A DNA stretch of 56,775 nt. It comes from Thermoproteota archaeon. GTDB taxonomy: Archaea > Korarchaeota > Korarchaeia > Korarchaeales > Korarchaeaceae. Below are positions 20,790-30,662 of this stretch, piece after piece; position 1 is the first letter of the stretch; the number at the start of each line of letters is the position of its first letter. A program made the translations under genes and the position numbers. The stretch is taken from NCBI GenBank assembly GCA_026986575.1, contig JALSOH010000001.1, positions 1-56,775 of the forward strand, given 5' to 3'. A model generated the notes under the pieces. The model worked only from the letters and a program-made list of their open reading frames with translations, did not search any database and was not told where the DNA came from.

Positions 20790-22412
20790 GTGCTATTCAG
20801 GGAACTGGCCGAGCTGGCGAGGAGAATAGCTTCCACATCATCGAGAAGGGAAAAGGTGGCGATAGTAGCGGAACTCATAAGGAAACTGGATCCCGAGGAG
20901 GCTTACAAGGCCCTCCTCATCTTGACCGGGCGCATTTTCCCTCCCTCTGATCCTAGGGAGTTGAATGTGTCTTGGGCTACTCTCTGGAAGGTCGTCAGCG
21001 AGCTCACGCGAAGAGGTGAGCCAAAAGGCGTGGATGTCGGTGAACTAGTGGAGTCCATGCTCAAGTCCCGAGATAAAAGGCAGACCATCCTCTTCGAGGA
21101 ACCCCTGACAATCGAAGAGGTATACAGCCTATTGGAAGCTATAGCCGAAGCTGAGGGGCCCGGATCGAAGGGAAAGAAGGAGTCAATACTCAAGACTCTA
21201 TTCTCTAGGATGGAGCCGGAGGAAGCTTGGCTTCTGGCCAACGCCATAATCGGAGAGACTAGGCTGGGTCTGAGCGAGGGTCTCCTTATCGATGCCATTG
21301 CTCACGCATATCGGCGCAGGAGGGAGGATGTTGAGAGGGCCACTATGGTGCTGGGCGATCCTTACGAGATCGTGAGGAGGGGAGGGAGGCTGGAGTTCAA
21401 ACCCGTGGTCTTCCGCCCGTTGAGGCCCATGCTGGCCCAGAGGGCTGAGGGCGTGAGGGCTGCGATAACCGAACTAGGGAAATGCGCGCTGGAGTACAAG
21501 CTGGACGGGATCAGGGTTCAAGTCCACGTGAAGGGCGAGGAGGTGAGACTCTTCAGCAGGAGGCTAAGCGATGTAACGAGAAGCGTGCCCGATGTGGTGG
21601 AATCGGTAAGATCAGGAGTTAGGGCCGAGGAAGCTATCTTGGAGGGAGAGATAATAGCGGAGAGGGATGGAAGGCCCCTTCCTTTCCAGATGCTCATCAG
21701 AAGGTTCAGGAGGACGAATTTCGACCCCAAACTGTTAGAAGAAATACCGCTAAGGCTCTATCTGTTCGATCTCCTCCTCCTTAACGGCGAAAGCTACTTG
21801 GAGAGGCCCTACGTGGAGAGAAGGGCCAAGCTGGAGCAGGTGGTAAGTGAGCCCCTCAGACTGGTCCAGTCGATAGTGACGTCAAACCCAAGGGAGGGGG
21901 AGAGGTTCATGAAGGAAGCCTTGGAGAGGGGGCATGAGGGGATCATGGCTAAGAGGCTGGACTCCCCTTACGTGCCAGGGGTGAGAGGGAGATTCTGGCT
22001 CAAAGTCAAAGAGGTGCACACGCTCGATCTGGTCGTAGTGGCGGCGGAGAGGGGATACGGGAGGAGACATCGCTGGTACAGCGACTACTACCTTGCTGTG
22101 AGGGATCCTGAAACGGGCGAGTTCTTGGTGGTGGGAAAGACATTCAAGGGACTTACTGACGAGGAGTTCGAGTGGATGACCCGCAGGCTGGAGGAGCTGG
22201 CTGTGGAGAGGGAGGGTAAGCTGATCAGGGTAAGGCCGGAGATAGTCGTCGAGGTAGCCTTTAACGAGCTCCAGAGGAGTTCAAAGTACAGGAGCGGATT
22301 CGCGCTAAGATTTGCGAGGATATTGAGGATAAGGGATGACAAGGCGCCGGACGAGGTGGACACCTTGGATAAGGTGAGGGAACTTTACGAGAAGCAGGGG
22401 AGAAAACTGTAA
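20790..22412 (+). CDS. lig: ATP-dependent DNA ligase
   Basis: EYKLDGIRVQVH, EGEI, FDLL, EGIMAK, WLKVK, ALRFARILRIRDDK; start taken at GTG (MLFRELAEL). Confidence 0.97.
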   Translation: MLFRELAELARRIASTSSRREKVAIVAELIRKLDPEEAYKALLILTGRIFPPSDPRELNVSWATLWKVVSELTRRGEPKGVDVGELVESMLKSRDKRQTILFEEPLTIEEVYSLLEAIAEAEGPGSKGKKESILKTLFSRMEPEEAWLLANAIIGETRLGLSEGLLIDAIAHAYRRRREDVERATMVLGDPYEIVRRGGRLEFKPVVFRPLRPMLAQRAEGVRAAITELGKCALEYKLDGIRVQVHVKGEEVRLFSRRLSDVTRSVPDVVESVRSGVRAEEAILEGEIIAERDGRPLPFQMLIRRFRRTNFDPKLLEEIPLRLYLFDLLLLNGESYLERPYVERRAKLEQVVSEPLRLVQSIVTSNPREGERFMKEALERGHEGIMAKRLDSPYVPGVRGRFWLKVKEVHTLDLVVVAAERGYGRRHRWYSDYYLAVRDPETGEFLVVGKTFKGLTDEEFEWMTRRLEELAVEREGKLIRVRPEIVVEVAFNELQRSSKYRSGFALRFARILRIRDDKAPDEVDTLDKVRELYEKQGRKL

Positions 22413-22436
22413 ATTTGTGATCAGTTCCCCTACCCT

Positions 22437-22772
22437 ATGAATCCCAGAGGATTCCTGAAGGATCTATCCCTCCTCTTGGGAATAGGTTACTTGGTTCAAG
22501 ATGTATTACTCATTCTGGTGTTCGGAGGGGCTCCTTGGTGGCTACTCGCCGAGAACATACTTCTCGGTTTAGCCTACCTTGTCTGGGGATACTTTAGGCT
22601 GGGGAGGTACCCTGAGATTCCCTTGGTCTGGGTAGCTGGCTGGAATGCCGCTAGAGTGATAGATGCAGCGTTGGATCTCTCTAGACCCATGTACTTCACG
22701 ATATCTCATGCCCTACTTGTGATCCTAGCTGTAATAGTTGGGATCTTGGCTTGGTACTCGCTGAGGGGTTGA
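22437..22772 (+). CDS. Small 4-TM hypothetical membrane protein
   Basis: Hydrophobic ORF with host-like codon use. Confidence 0.65.
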   Translation: MNPRGFLKDLSLLLGIGYLVQDVLLILVFGGAPWWLLAENILLGLAYLVWGYFRLGRYPEIPLVWVAGWNAARVIDAALDLSRPMYFTISHALLVILAVIVGILAWYSLRG

Positions 22773-22888
22773 TTGGAGTGCCCCCAGCATTCTACCCAAT
22801 ATTGATGCGGAAATCACATCATCCAACACTGACCACCTCACTAATCGGGGGCGATTTTCCCGAGAAGACGATGTGGACAGCTCCAATC

Positions 22889-23830
22889 TCATTCAACGAG
22901 GTCTTCCCCACTATACCTATAATAATAGGAGAATTCTTGGAGGTGTTCGCTGTACCACTCTATGGTTCTCCTCAGACCGCTTTCCAAGTCGACTTTAGGC
23001 TCGTACCCTATCAAGTACTTCATTCTCCCATTTGCCCTTACGTCGAGAGGATCGAGTGGTTCGCCCCTTCTCATGGGTAAATGGACTATCTGAGATGAAC
23101 TTCCCGTCAGCTCAATGATCCTCCTAGCTATATCGAGTACCCTTACCGATTGAGCGCTACCTATCTCGACCACTTCATCCGGCTCAGCTACGTACGACCT
23201 TACGATAGCCTGAACCACATCATCGATGTATATAGGATCCATGGTCTGCTCTCCCGTTCCGAAGATTTCAACTGGTTCGTTTCTGAGAGAGGCTATTATG
23301 AAGTAGGAAATCGCCTTCCTGTACTCATTGAGATACTCACCAGGCCCATAAACGTTGAAGGGCCTTGTTATGATGGTCTTCAACCCATAGACCTCTTTAT
23401 ACATGTTCAAATACCTCTCAGCATTTTCCTTTGTAATAGTGTATACGTTATTCCTCCATACATTAGGTTTAGATGTGAATAATATCTTTTCCAAATCACA
23501 CCTCCTCATCCCCTCTAAGATCCGAAGCAATCCAACTACATTGACCATTTCCGCTTCTACTACCCTATGAAATAGCTCCGTGGTTCCGAGGAGCCCAGCT
23601 AGATGAAAAACACCCCCCACCTCCTCACGCCTGAACAGATCCTCGAAATCGTAGCTCAAAATATCTTCCCTGATGAACCTAATACCGGGATCCCCGAAGT
23701 CGAGGGGCCTCTTATCCATGGCAATGACCTCGAAGCCCTCTCCAACTAACGATTTTACTAGGTGTCTACCGATGAACCCAGCCGCTCCAGTGACCAGTAC
23801 ACATTCTTTGTACCTTGATGATGGGATAAT
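22889..23830 (-). CDS. NAD-dependent epimerase/dehydratase (extended SDR); 5' end lacks a canonical start
   Basis: In-frame VLVTGAAGFIGRHLV lies upstream of the track start (23719); HLAG, YxxxK (YTITK), RPFNVYGP. Confidence 0.85.
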   Translation of the reverse strand: MIPSSRYKECVLVTGAAGFIGRHLVKSLVGEGFEVIAMDKRPLDFGDPGIRFIREDILSYDFEDLFRREEVGGVFHLAGLLGTTELFHRVVEAEMVNVVGLLRILEGMRRCDLEKILFTSKPNVWRNNVYTITKENAERYLNMYKEVYGLKTIITRPFNVYGPGEYLNEYRKAISYFIIASLRNEPVEIFGTGEQTMDPIYIDDVVQAIVRSYVAEPDEVVEIGSAQSVRVLDIARRIIELTGSSSQIVHLPMRRGEPLDPLDVRANGRMKYLIGYEPKVDLESGLRRTIEWYSEHLQEFSYYYRYSGEDLVE

Positions 23831-23898
23831 CTCTCCCTCTATGCCTGTTTGAGATGGGAATTTATTAAGTAGGATAGTAACATCTCTGCAGAGTGACT

Positions 23899-25057
23899 GT
23901 GAAGATACTCATTGTTAACAACGGGATGATATATCCGCACACCATTGGAGGAGCTGAGATATTCGCCCACTCTATCTAATCACTTGGTCAGACGAGGATA
24001 TGATGTCACCTTGCTCGGATACAGCAAATCACATCAAGACCTAGATGCTGGCTCACTCAGGAGGGAATACGCTCTAGCGACATCTCCCTCATTAGGGAGG
24101 TTCATCGACAGGTTAGCCCTGCCTCTTCACGTGAGTAACCTAATAAGGAATTTGAGCTCTAAGGACTGCTCAATAGTACTCTCCATAATGCTGCACTCCT
24201 CCCTTCTCGGATACATGTTGGCTAGGAGACTTCGGCCTAAATGCCACATAGTCAGCTTCTCAGGGGGAGATGCTGCTATATCATCAATGACAGGAATTTG
24301 GCTGGAGAACATGAGAATGGATTACTATCTCTATTCAAAACTCGCAATAACCCTGAACAATCCGACTTCTGTGTTTATCGCTACTACTAAGCTCATGAAG
24401 AGACAGATGATTAAAGCCGGAGTAAAGAGAGGTAGAATAGTCGTGATACCGAGGTTTGTGGAAGAGAGGTTTTTCCGTGTGGATCCAACCGAGAGCGTAT
24501 TGGAAGGAAACGATATCGTTTACGTGGGGAGATTCTCTGAGGAGAAAGGTATCAAAATTCTTCTAAAAGCGTTCGAGATAGTCGCTAGAAAACTCCCCGA
24601 TGCCAAGTTGAGGCTGATTGGAGAAGGACCTCTTTTGGGCTTCATATTGAGATACGTCCGTGATAAAGGGATTCAAGAAAAAGTGGAGATAACTGGTAAA
24701 GTGCCATACGAGGCTGTCCACACGTACCTCACGAACTCAACGTTATTCGTCCTCCCCTCTCTTAACGAGGGCCTTCCAAACGCGTTAATCCAAGCTATGG
24801 CAGCTGGTCTACCGATCGTCGCATCTAAGGTCGGCAGCATACCCGAGGCCGTTAGGAACGGCATAGATGGCTTATTAGTGAAACCGGGATCACCAAACGA
24901 GCTAGCAGAAAGTATAGCTAGAATCCTAAAAGATAGGGAGTTGGCTTTAAAATTAGCTAGAAATGCAAAATCCTCCGCAGAACGTTACAGAGCAGACTAT
25001 ATTATTGAAAAATACACCAGATTATTCGAGGCGTGTTCGGAGGTTTCCAATAAATAG
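23899..25057 (+). pseudogene. Glycosyltransferase family 4 with a frameshift near 23968
   Basis: GTG 23899 gives MKILIVNNGMIYPHTIGGAEIFA then a stop; the rest (TLSNHLVRRGYDV..EKG..EGLPNALIQAMAAG) is in the frame of ORF 23945..25057. Confidence 0.8.
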
Positions 25058-25367
25058 TGAACTAAATCATGGTATCTCTCTAAAAGCTTGGGAAGTTAAT
25101 GGGGTTAATGTATCAATTCCTAGCCTGACAAATTGGCCACATTCAAGAATTAAGGCAAGTAAAATCAGTATCAAAGCCATTATCTACCATACGGTATGAA
25201 TAATCGCCTTTAACGATCCATTTGACCCCCACTACGCTGCAAAAGGAGATTATGAATTGGTGTTATTTACGGAGTGAGTAACGTATTGATCAGGTGGGCG
25301 GAACTTAAGAATCCCCTTCATCACCTAGTCCGCACAGCTTTATTTTCCCCTTATCCAAAGCCATGAG

Positions 25368-26246
25368 ATGAGGGTATTGAGAATCGAGATAGTGGGAGGA
25401 GAGGGCCTCATCTACTTGGCAACGAGGATCTCTAGGAAGGTGGGAGGCCCTGAAGAGATAGCTGAGGAGCTGAAGGACGAAAGAAGGGTGAGGAGGCTCC
25501 TTACCAACATAGTAAGGGCGGGACACCTATCCGTCTTGGAGCACTCCTTGGTGAGGATGTGGATAGATGCTAAATGGGACGAGATGACGAGACTGCTTTT
25601 CCACTATAAGTATGTCGAGGCCAGCAACCGGGATGACGGAATACTCCTGTCCCTGAATCCTCGAACAGCGCTGGAAATGCTGGAGGATCCACGCACCTCT
25701 TCCATAGCTAGGGAGGCCCTGAAGACCACCCCGATAGTAGCAGAGGCAGCTGGCATACACGTGGATATGAAACCCCTCTTAGATGTGGAGATGAAGAGAG
25801 TTAGCGAGGATCCCCCGGTCTACGCCTTCAACAGCTCCGGCCACGAGGACCCCAAGCATGGATTTTACTCATTCTGGACGGAGATGTCCCGCGTCGCCTC
25901 GCACCAGTTCGTGAGACATCGCAGGCTGAGCTTCACCCAGCGTTCAGGAAGGTACACCAAGCCTGACGGGTTCGTGTTCCCCAGAACCGTCGACGAGGAG
26001 GCCTTGGAGGTGATGAGGAGACACGCGCAGCTCAGCTACGAGGTCTATTTGAGGCTCCTAGAAATGGGCGTAAAGAGGGAGGATGCCAGATACGTGCTCC
26101 CCGCAGCTTTAAAAACTGCTCTATTCGTCAGCGGGAGACAGTCAGACTGGCATCACTTCCTGGAGTTGAGGACCGATGTCCACGCGCAGGATGAGATAAG
26201 GAGGTTCGCCCTTGTGGTGGCCGATGTTATGGGGTGGGAGCGCTGA
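25368..26246 (+). CDS. thyX: FAD-dependent thymidylate synthase
   Basis: GHLSVLEH, SRVASHQFVRHRRLSFTQRSGRY, EDARYVLP, HAQDEIR. Confidence 0.95.
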   Translation: MRVLRIEIVGGEGLIYLATRISRKVGGPEEIAEELKDERRVRRLLTNIVRAGHLSVLEHSLVRMWIDAKWDEMTRLLFHYKYVEASNRDDGILLSLNPRTALEMLEDPRTSSIAREALKTTPIVAEAAGIHVDMKPLLDVEMKRVSEDPPVYAFNSSGHEDPKHGFYSFWTEMSRVASHQFVRHRRLSFTQRSGRYTKPDGFVFPRTVDEEALEVMRRHAQLSYEVYLRLLEMGVKREDARYVLPAALKTALFVSGRQSDWHHFLELRTDVHAQDEIRRFALVVADVMGWER

Positions 26247-26325
26247 AGCTGGAACACTGAGATTCTCATTGCAAGGACTTGAGTCCCTCCCCAAAAATTA
26301 GTGACCTTATCTAGTGTCGTGCGAT

Positions 26326-26742
26326 TTAATCGGATTCCGACTCTTCAACGGGATCTATCCTCTCCAGCCCTGGGATGCTATCGTAGGCCCTGTCAAAGGA
26401 TATGATCTTGCCATCCAGATAGAGGGCTGTAGCTGCGTAGTGGGAATCGAAGAAAGAGAGCCCGAATTCCTGCCTGAGTTTTACACTGGTTATGACGGTT
26501 TCAGGCGTAAGCGGGATGAAACTTACGTTTGGCAGCGAGAGGAGAGCAGACATCACTTGGAGGAGTCTGTCCTCCAACTTCTGGGATTTGTATATGAGCT
26601 CTATCTCTATGAGGGTAACTCCGGAGATATCCAGTTTCAACCTGCCTTCCTTCAGTTTATTGAAGATCTTCTCTGCGATATGATGTTTCTCGTCGTTCTC
26701 GTTCATGTAGGCGAAGATCACATCGTTCTCTATGAGAACCAC
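26326..26742 (-). CDS. vapC: VapC PIN-domain toxin
   Basis: LIENDVI..E..LSFFDSHYAATA..IISFDRAYD. Confidence 0.9.
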   Translation of the reverse strand: MVLIENDVIFAYMNENDEKHHIAEKIFNKLKEGRLKLDISGVTLIEIELIYKSQKLEDRLLQVMSALLSLPNVSFIPLTPETVITSVKLRQEFGLSFFDSHYAATALYLDGKIISFDRAYDSIPGLERIDPVEESESD

Positions 26743-26972
26743 TATGCTTCAGCCTCCCTCTCCGCTAAGGTCTCAGCCTCCTTCCTCAGCTCCTTGAAGG
26801 ACTTTTTAGTGTTGAAAGATCCCTTGAGTACTTTGAAAGGATCCTCTGGAATGGGCACTATCTCTATTCTATCGCCTAGGCTGATTAAAAGCACCTTTCT
26901 TCCTCTGAGGATCCTCCTCATCCTCTTCGGAATGGTGATCCTGCCCTTCTCATCGAGTTCCACTATACTCAT
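26742..26972 (-). CDS. vapB: AbrB/MazE-type antitoxin
   Basis: MSIVELDEKGRITIPK; translationally coupled to vapC. Confidence 0.9.
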   Translation of the reverse strand: MSIVELDEKGRITIPKRMRRILRGRKVLLISLGDRIEIVPIPEDPFKVLKGSFNTKKSFKELRKEAETLAEREAEA

Positions 26973-27197
26973 AATATGGCAGTAAAGTGGGAGCATAAAA
27001 ATATAGATTTGGATGGGTGGGGTCTAATCCTGTTAGTAAGAATATGGATCCCACTTTACTTTGAGCTTCATAGGGGGATCGACGCTGAGCGCCGTGGGTA
27101 GGCGGAAAGGTACGTATGGAGTAAATGCCCAGCTGGTAGAGGGTCGCTGTTCGTTGCTATACTGTCGAGCGTTCTGCCTCCACGATTAAACTGGGGA

Positions 27198-27599
27198 TTA
27201 GGATATCCCTCCGACAACCTCTATTTCTAGGGGGCTTAGTCCCTTACTCAGAATGTCCCTATCAAATGTCACGAACCTGTCGGCCCCGATCATCTTAGCT
27301 AGGGTGACGTGCATGAGATCAAGGGTCTTCAGTCTGAGCTCCTCGGAGAGCGAGATGGAGAGATCGAGGGCCTCGTTGAAGTTGACCTCCTCAATTCTAG
27401 CTTTAGACCTCCTTATCGCGTATTCGGCCAGCGGTACGGGATCGTCAGATAGCCTAGAGAAGACCGAGTATATCTCCACAACCACCAGCTTCGATATAAC
27501 CGGATCTCTAAGATATTTCTCCAGTTTAACCGCCCTCTGGTGATTCACATCGCTCTTCACAGCAAGAGAGATGATGTAACTCGTGTCTAGGTAGTCCAC
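27198..27599 (-). CDS. vapC: VapC PIN-domain toxin
   Basis: YLDTSYI..VE..LKTLDLMHV..FVTFD. Confidence 0.9.
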   Translation of the reverse strand: MDYLDTSYIISLAVKSDVNHQRAVKLEKYLRDPVISKLVVVEIYSVFSRLSDDPVPLAEYAIRRSKARIEEVNFNEALDLSISLSEELRLKTLDLMHVTLAKMIGADRFVTFDRDILSKGLSPLEIEVVGGIS

Positions 27600-27850
27600 C
27601 TGTTCCTCTCCCTCCTCACGAACTCGGCCAGATCCACCGGTCCCAAATCTATCCCTCCCTCCTCCTCGTACTCCTTGACTTTCTCCTCTACCTTCATGGT
27701 CTTACGGATCTCAGGGAGAATATCTTTCACGCCCCTCTCTAGAAGGATGTTCAGAGCATCGTTTCTACTCTTGGCCAGCCCTAGCCTCACCATTTTCTCG
27801 GCTATGGCCAGAATCCTGTGACTCACCCTTACACCGACGACCTTCGACAT
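27587..27850 (-). CDS. vapB: RHH-like antitoxin
   Basis: MSKVVGVRV..MVRLGLAKSRNDAL; overlaps vapC. Confidence 0.75.
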   Translation of the reverse strand: MSKVVGVRVSHRILAIAEKMVRLGLAKSRNDALNILLERGVKDILPEIRKTMKVEEKVKEYEEEGGIDLGPVDLAEFVRRERNRWTT

Positions 27851-28104
27851 GTGTACCACCACGTATACTAATTGGCAATATAAAAAGGATGCTGAGAATG
27901 GAGGAGAGGGATGCGCGACGCCTCTTACCGCGCGCTCAGAAGGCCTGAGAAATATAAACAATGTTTCCAGCGAAAACCATTAGTTGGAAACAAGCTTTGG
28001 CAACGATCATCATGCAGGATATCCTTAAAGATTATCTGGAAACACTTAAGGTCTGGAGAAAGGCTAATTGGCAAGTGAAGCTATATTTGACATGAGTGTA
28101 AAGC

Positions 28105-28299
28105 TTGTCCAAGGTTGTTAGGGTAAGATATGAGAAAGGCGTATTGCGGCCTCTTGATGATGTTGAGTTTAGAGAAGGTGAGGAGCTGGATGTCATAATT
28201 GTTCGAAAGAATTTCAGTGGGTTCCGAGAGGAGGCAGGCAGATACAAGTTCAGGGTCGACCGGGATGTTGTTGAGGAGTTCATAGAGGAGAGGAGGTAG
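28105..28299 (+). CDS. DUF104/AF2212-like antitoxin
   Basis: SKVVRVRYEKGVLRPLD..EGEE. Confidence 0.85.
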   Translation: MSKVVRVRYEKGVLRPLDDVEFREGEELDVIIVRKNFSGFREEAGRYKFRVDRDVVEEFIEERR

Positions 28300-28314
28300 A
28301 TATCTAGAGATATC

Positions 28315-28642
28315 CAGGCTGCCGTAGTAGATACTAGTGTCTTTGCAGACTACTACTTTATTTTATCCTGGAAAGCCGGAGGAGACACGAAAGAGCAAGA
28401 ACGATTCTAGACAAGCTGTCTGGTCTAGGCTTACCAGTCTCGCGCGCGTGGAAATAGCCCTTCTTACTGGTTGTAGGGCAGTTGACGCATACTACATAGC
28501 AACAACTAATCACGTCAATGCCGCCCTAATTACTAACGATAGAGTCATGAAATATAATGCCTTAAAAGTTGGAGTCGAGGCCTACTACTTGCTAAGCGAC
28601 AACGACTATAGCACACTCATAAGCAAACTAATAGTCAGTTAA
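28315..28642 (+). pseudogene. vapC: PIN toxin with internal deletion/frameshift
   Basis: AVVDTSVFADY in one frame; GCRAVDAYYIAT..LITNDR in another. Confidence 0.7.
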
Positions 28643-28691
28643 CCTAGCTAGAACGAATTCATCGTCATAATACGGATGCACTATCGATGGG

Positions 28692-28744
28692 TGGTGGGCC
28701 CGCCGGGATCCGGGGCCCGGGGCCTCCTGCTCCGAAGGCCGGCC
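28692..28744 (-). repeat. Degenerate 3' half of tRNA-Arg(TCG), candidate att-site remnant
   Basis: Minus strand GCCGGCCTTCGGAGCAGGAGGCCCCGGGCCCCGGATCCCGGCGGGCCCACCA: anticodon arm (TCG) through acceptor end with CCA, T-loop mutated, no 5' half. Confidence 0.75.
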
Positions 28745-28927
28745 CTTAAAAACTAATGTCCCACTGATTGATGAGAAACTGGGACAGATACGATAAGAAT
28801 TCATACTCGTTTTCTAGTATATGGGACGATGCCGTTAAGTATCGTTATCCTGACGCTATGTCAAGCATTTTTTGGGAAACAGTTATAGACGATTGTGTTC
28901 TTCCCGGTAATTGTGTAGCTTCTCTTC

Positions 28928-29428
28928 TTACGCCTCCCCTATATCACTTAATAGTTTGTTTACGAGGTCATCACTAATATAGAACCCTTTCTCTCTAAGC
29001 CTTTCTATAAACGGTTTGACTTCCCCTATTACGTCTTTTAGCTTCATAGCCTTTAAAACTCCTAGTGTGCCAATGATTTCTAAGCCTAGTCTTCTCGCCA
29101 CCTTCCTACCCTTGAGATCATCTATTATCAGTAAACTGTTTTTCTCCAAGGCCAGTGTTATAGCTTCAGCCTCGCCTTCATCAACGATAGTCTTTAACAC
29201 AAGTACAAGCCTACTATCACGAGGCTCCTCCACAGATAGAAAGCTTAAGCTCTGGAAATACTCTTTCTCTTTAACGCTAAGCTCCCGCATAACACTTGGT
29301 GGGACCGTTATTCTTTGGAATAAAAGATTGAGCTTCTCTAGCAACTCTGCATGTTTAAGAGCTATGAGGGGAGATGTGTTAGAGACTGCAATACTAGCTC
29401 CTCGCTTCTCTAGCAGTGTATTCGGCAA
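28928..29428 (-). CDS. DUF3368-type PIN-domain protein
   Basis: VSNTSPLI, VPPSV..EL, DEGEAEAI.LA, IDDLKGR..A..LG..IIGTLGVL. Confidence 0.9.
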   Translation of the reverse strand: MPNTLLEKRGASIAVSNTSPLIALKHAELLEKLNLLFQRITVPPSVMRELSVKEKEYFQSLSFLSVEEPRDSRLVLVLKTIVDEGEAEAITLALEKNSLLIIDDLKGRKVARRLGLEIIGTLGVLKAMKLKDVIGEVKPFIERLREKGFYISDDLVNKLLSDIGEA

Positions 29429-29657
29429 TCCTTAGCTCCTCCTTCAACTCCTCCTCATCCAGGTTAATTATGCTGACCTTCCTCCTCGAGAGCTCTTTCA
29501 TAAAATCCTCGACACAGAGCCCAGCAAGTTCGGCAGCCTGCATGAGAGTAAGCCTAGCCTCCCGGTAAAGCTCAACAGCTAAGAGAAGCCTAGCTTCATA
29601 CTCATCAATACTAATGTGCTCAGGTATATTTATCCTCAAAACCTTAGCGCCACTCAT
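29394..29657 (-). CDS. UPF0175 family HTH antitoxin
   Basis: LAVELYRE..LTL.QAAELAGL..EDF..EL. Confidence 0.85.
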   Translation of the reverse strand: MSGAKVLRINIPEHISIDEYEARLLLAVELYREARLTLMQAAELAGLCVEDFMKELSRRKVSIINLDEEELKEELRIAEYTAREARS

Positions 29658-29752
29658 TTCGCACTATCCCTTTAGCATACATAATTCATCAACCTTATTA
29701 AGGTGCTATAGCATAGCAAGGATAAATTTGCCAAGGATTTCGACGAAAGAGA

Positions 29753-30060
29753 ATGCTTAAGAAGACTAAACTGTATATACTATCAGATCATGGCTTAACC
29801 TTATACAAACAGAGATATCTACTTCCAGTTATCGACTCTTTATCGACTCTATTCTGTCAGCAGGTGGAGAAAGAGGAGCCTTCTATAAAGAACCAGATGT
29901 AGGTGAAGTCGAGAATGAGATTAGGAGAAGAGGGATTTCAGCAGATGTATTTAGAATAGAGGAGCTAGAATACTTCAAAGGTGAAATAAATCCTAGGTGT
30001 CATGAAGACTACGGGTATGTAATAGTGGTTGCGTCGCGCGCGATAATTCATGTCATGTAC
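29753..30060 (+). pseudogene. C-terminal fragment of an alkaline-phosphatase-superfamily gene broken by an 11-bp duplication
   Basis: LYILSDHG motif; TTATCGACTCT is duplicated in tandem at about 29829-29850; removing one copy restores AGGERGAFY..YGYVIVVA. Confidence 0.55.
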
Positions 30061-30232
30061 ATGAATTTACATCTGCTAACAGCGTTGTTTGGTATAATTA
30101 ATTGGTCCCTAATCAATAGGGAAGATTGCAATGCACCACACCAGAGACGTAACACAAAATCCTACGCTTCGAGCATTTCTAGAAGAAGTCCTTGAGATAT
30201 CAACTTTTTACTATTTAGGTTGCTATTAGGTG

Positions 30233-30284
30233 CGGCAAGCCCGCCGGGATTTGAACCCCGGGACCTCCGACTCCGAAGGCCCGG
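30233..30284 (-). repeat. Second degenerate 3' half of tRNA-Arg(TCG), candidate att-site remnant
   Basis: Minus strand CCGGGCCTTCGGAGTCGGAGGTCCCGGGGTTCAAATCCCGGCGGGCTTGCCG: intact GTTCAAATC T-loop, no D-arm or 5' half. Confidence 0.8.
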
Positions 30285-30437
30285 ATATAAAACCACGTTT
30301 CCAGAGGGAACCATCAAATGGAAATAACTTTCACAAGCAGTTATCACTCGCGAATATCATCATTGATAATCTGGAAACATCTCTCTGGGGATAAAGCTAA
30401 TTGCTCTGACATATAGAGTATAAGTGGTGACTAGAGC

Positions 30438-30662
30438 TTGTCCAAGGTTATTAGAGCCAGGTATGAGAGAGGTGTGCTGAAGCCGCTGGAACCATTGGAG
30501 CTCATGGAGGGTGAGGAAGTACAGGTTATCTTGAAGACTAGTGATGACTCTCTTACCAAGAGGCTCTATGGTGTAGCAAAGAAGAGGAGGCCGGGCCTTA
30601 CAAGGAGCGAGTTCCTTGAGGTCATTGAGGAGATAGAAGATGAAGATATTCGCGGACTCTAG
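30438..30662 (+). CDS. DUF104/AF2212-like antitoxin
   Basis: SKVIRARYERGVLKPLEPL.L.EGEEV. Confidence 0.85.
   Translation: MSKVIRARYERGVLKPLEPLELMEGEEVQVILKTSDDSLTKRLYGVAKKRRPGLTRSEFLEVIEEIEDEDIRGL

Noticed and set aside
28692-30284. Functional tRNA genes
   Set aside because: Only 3' halves are present, with damaged T-arm or acceptor stem; treated as att relics
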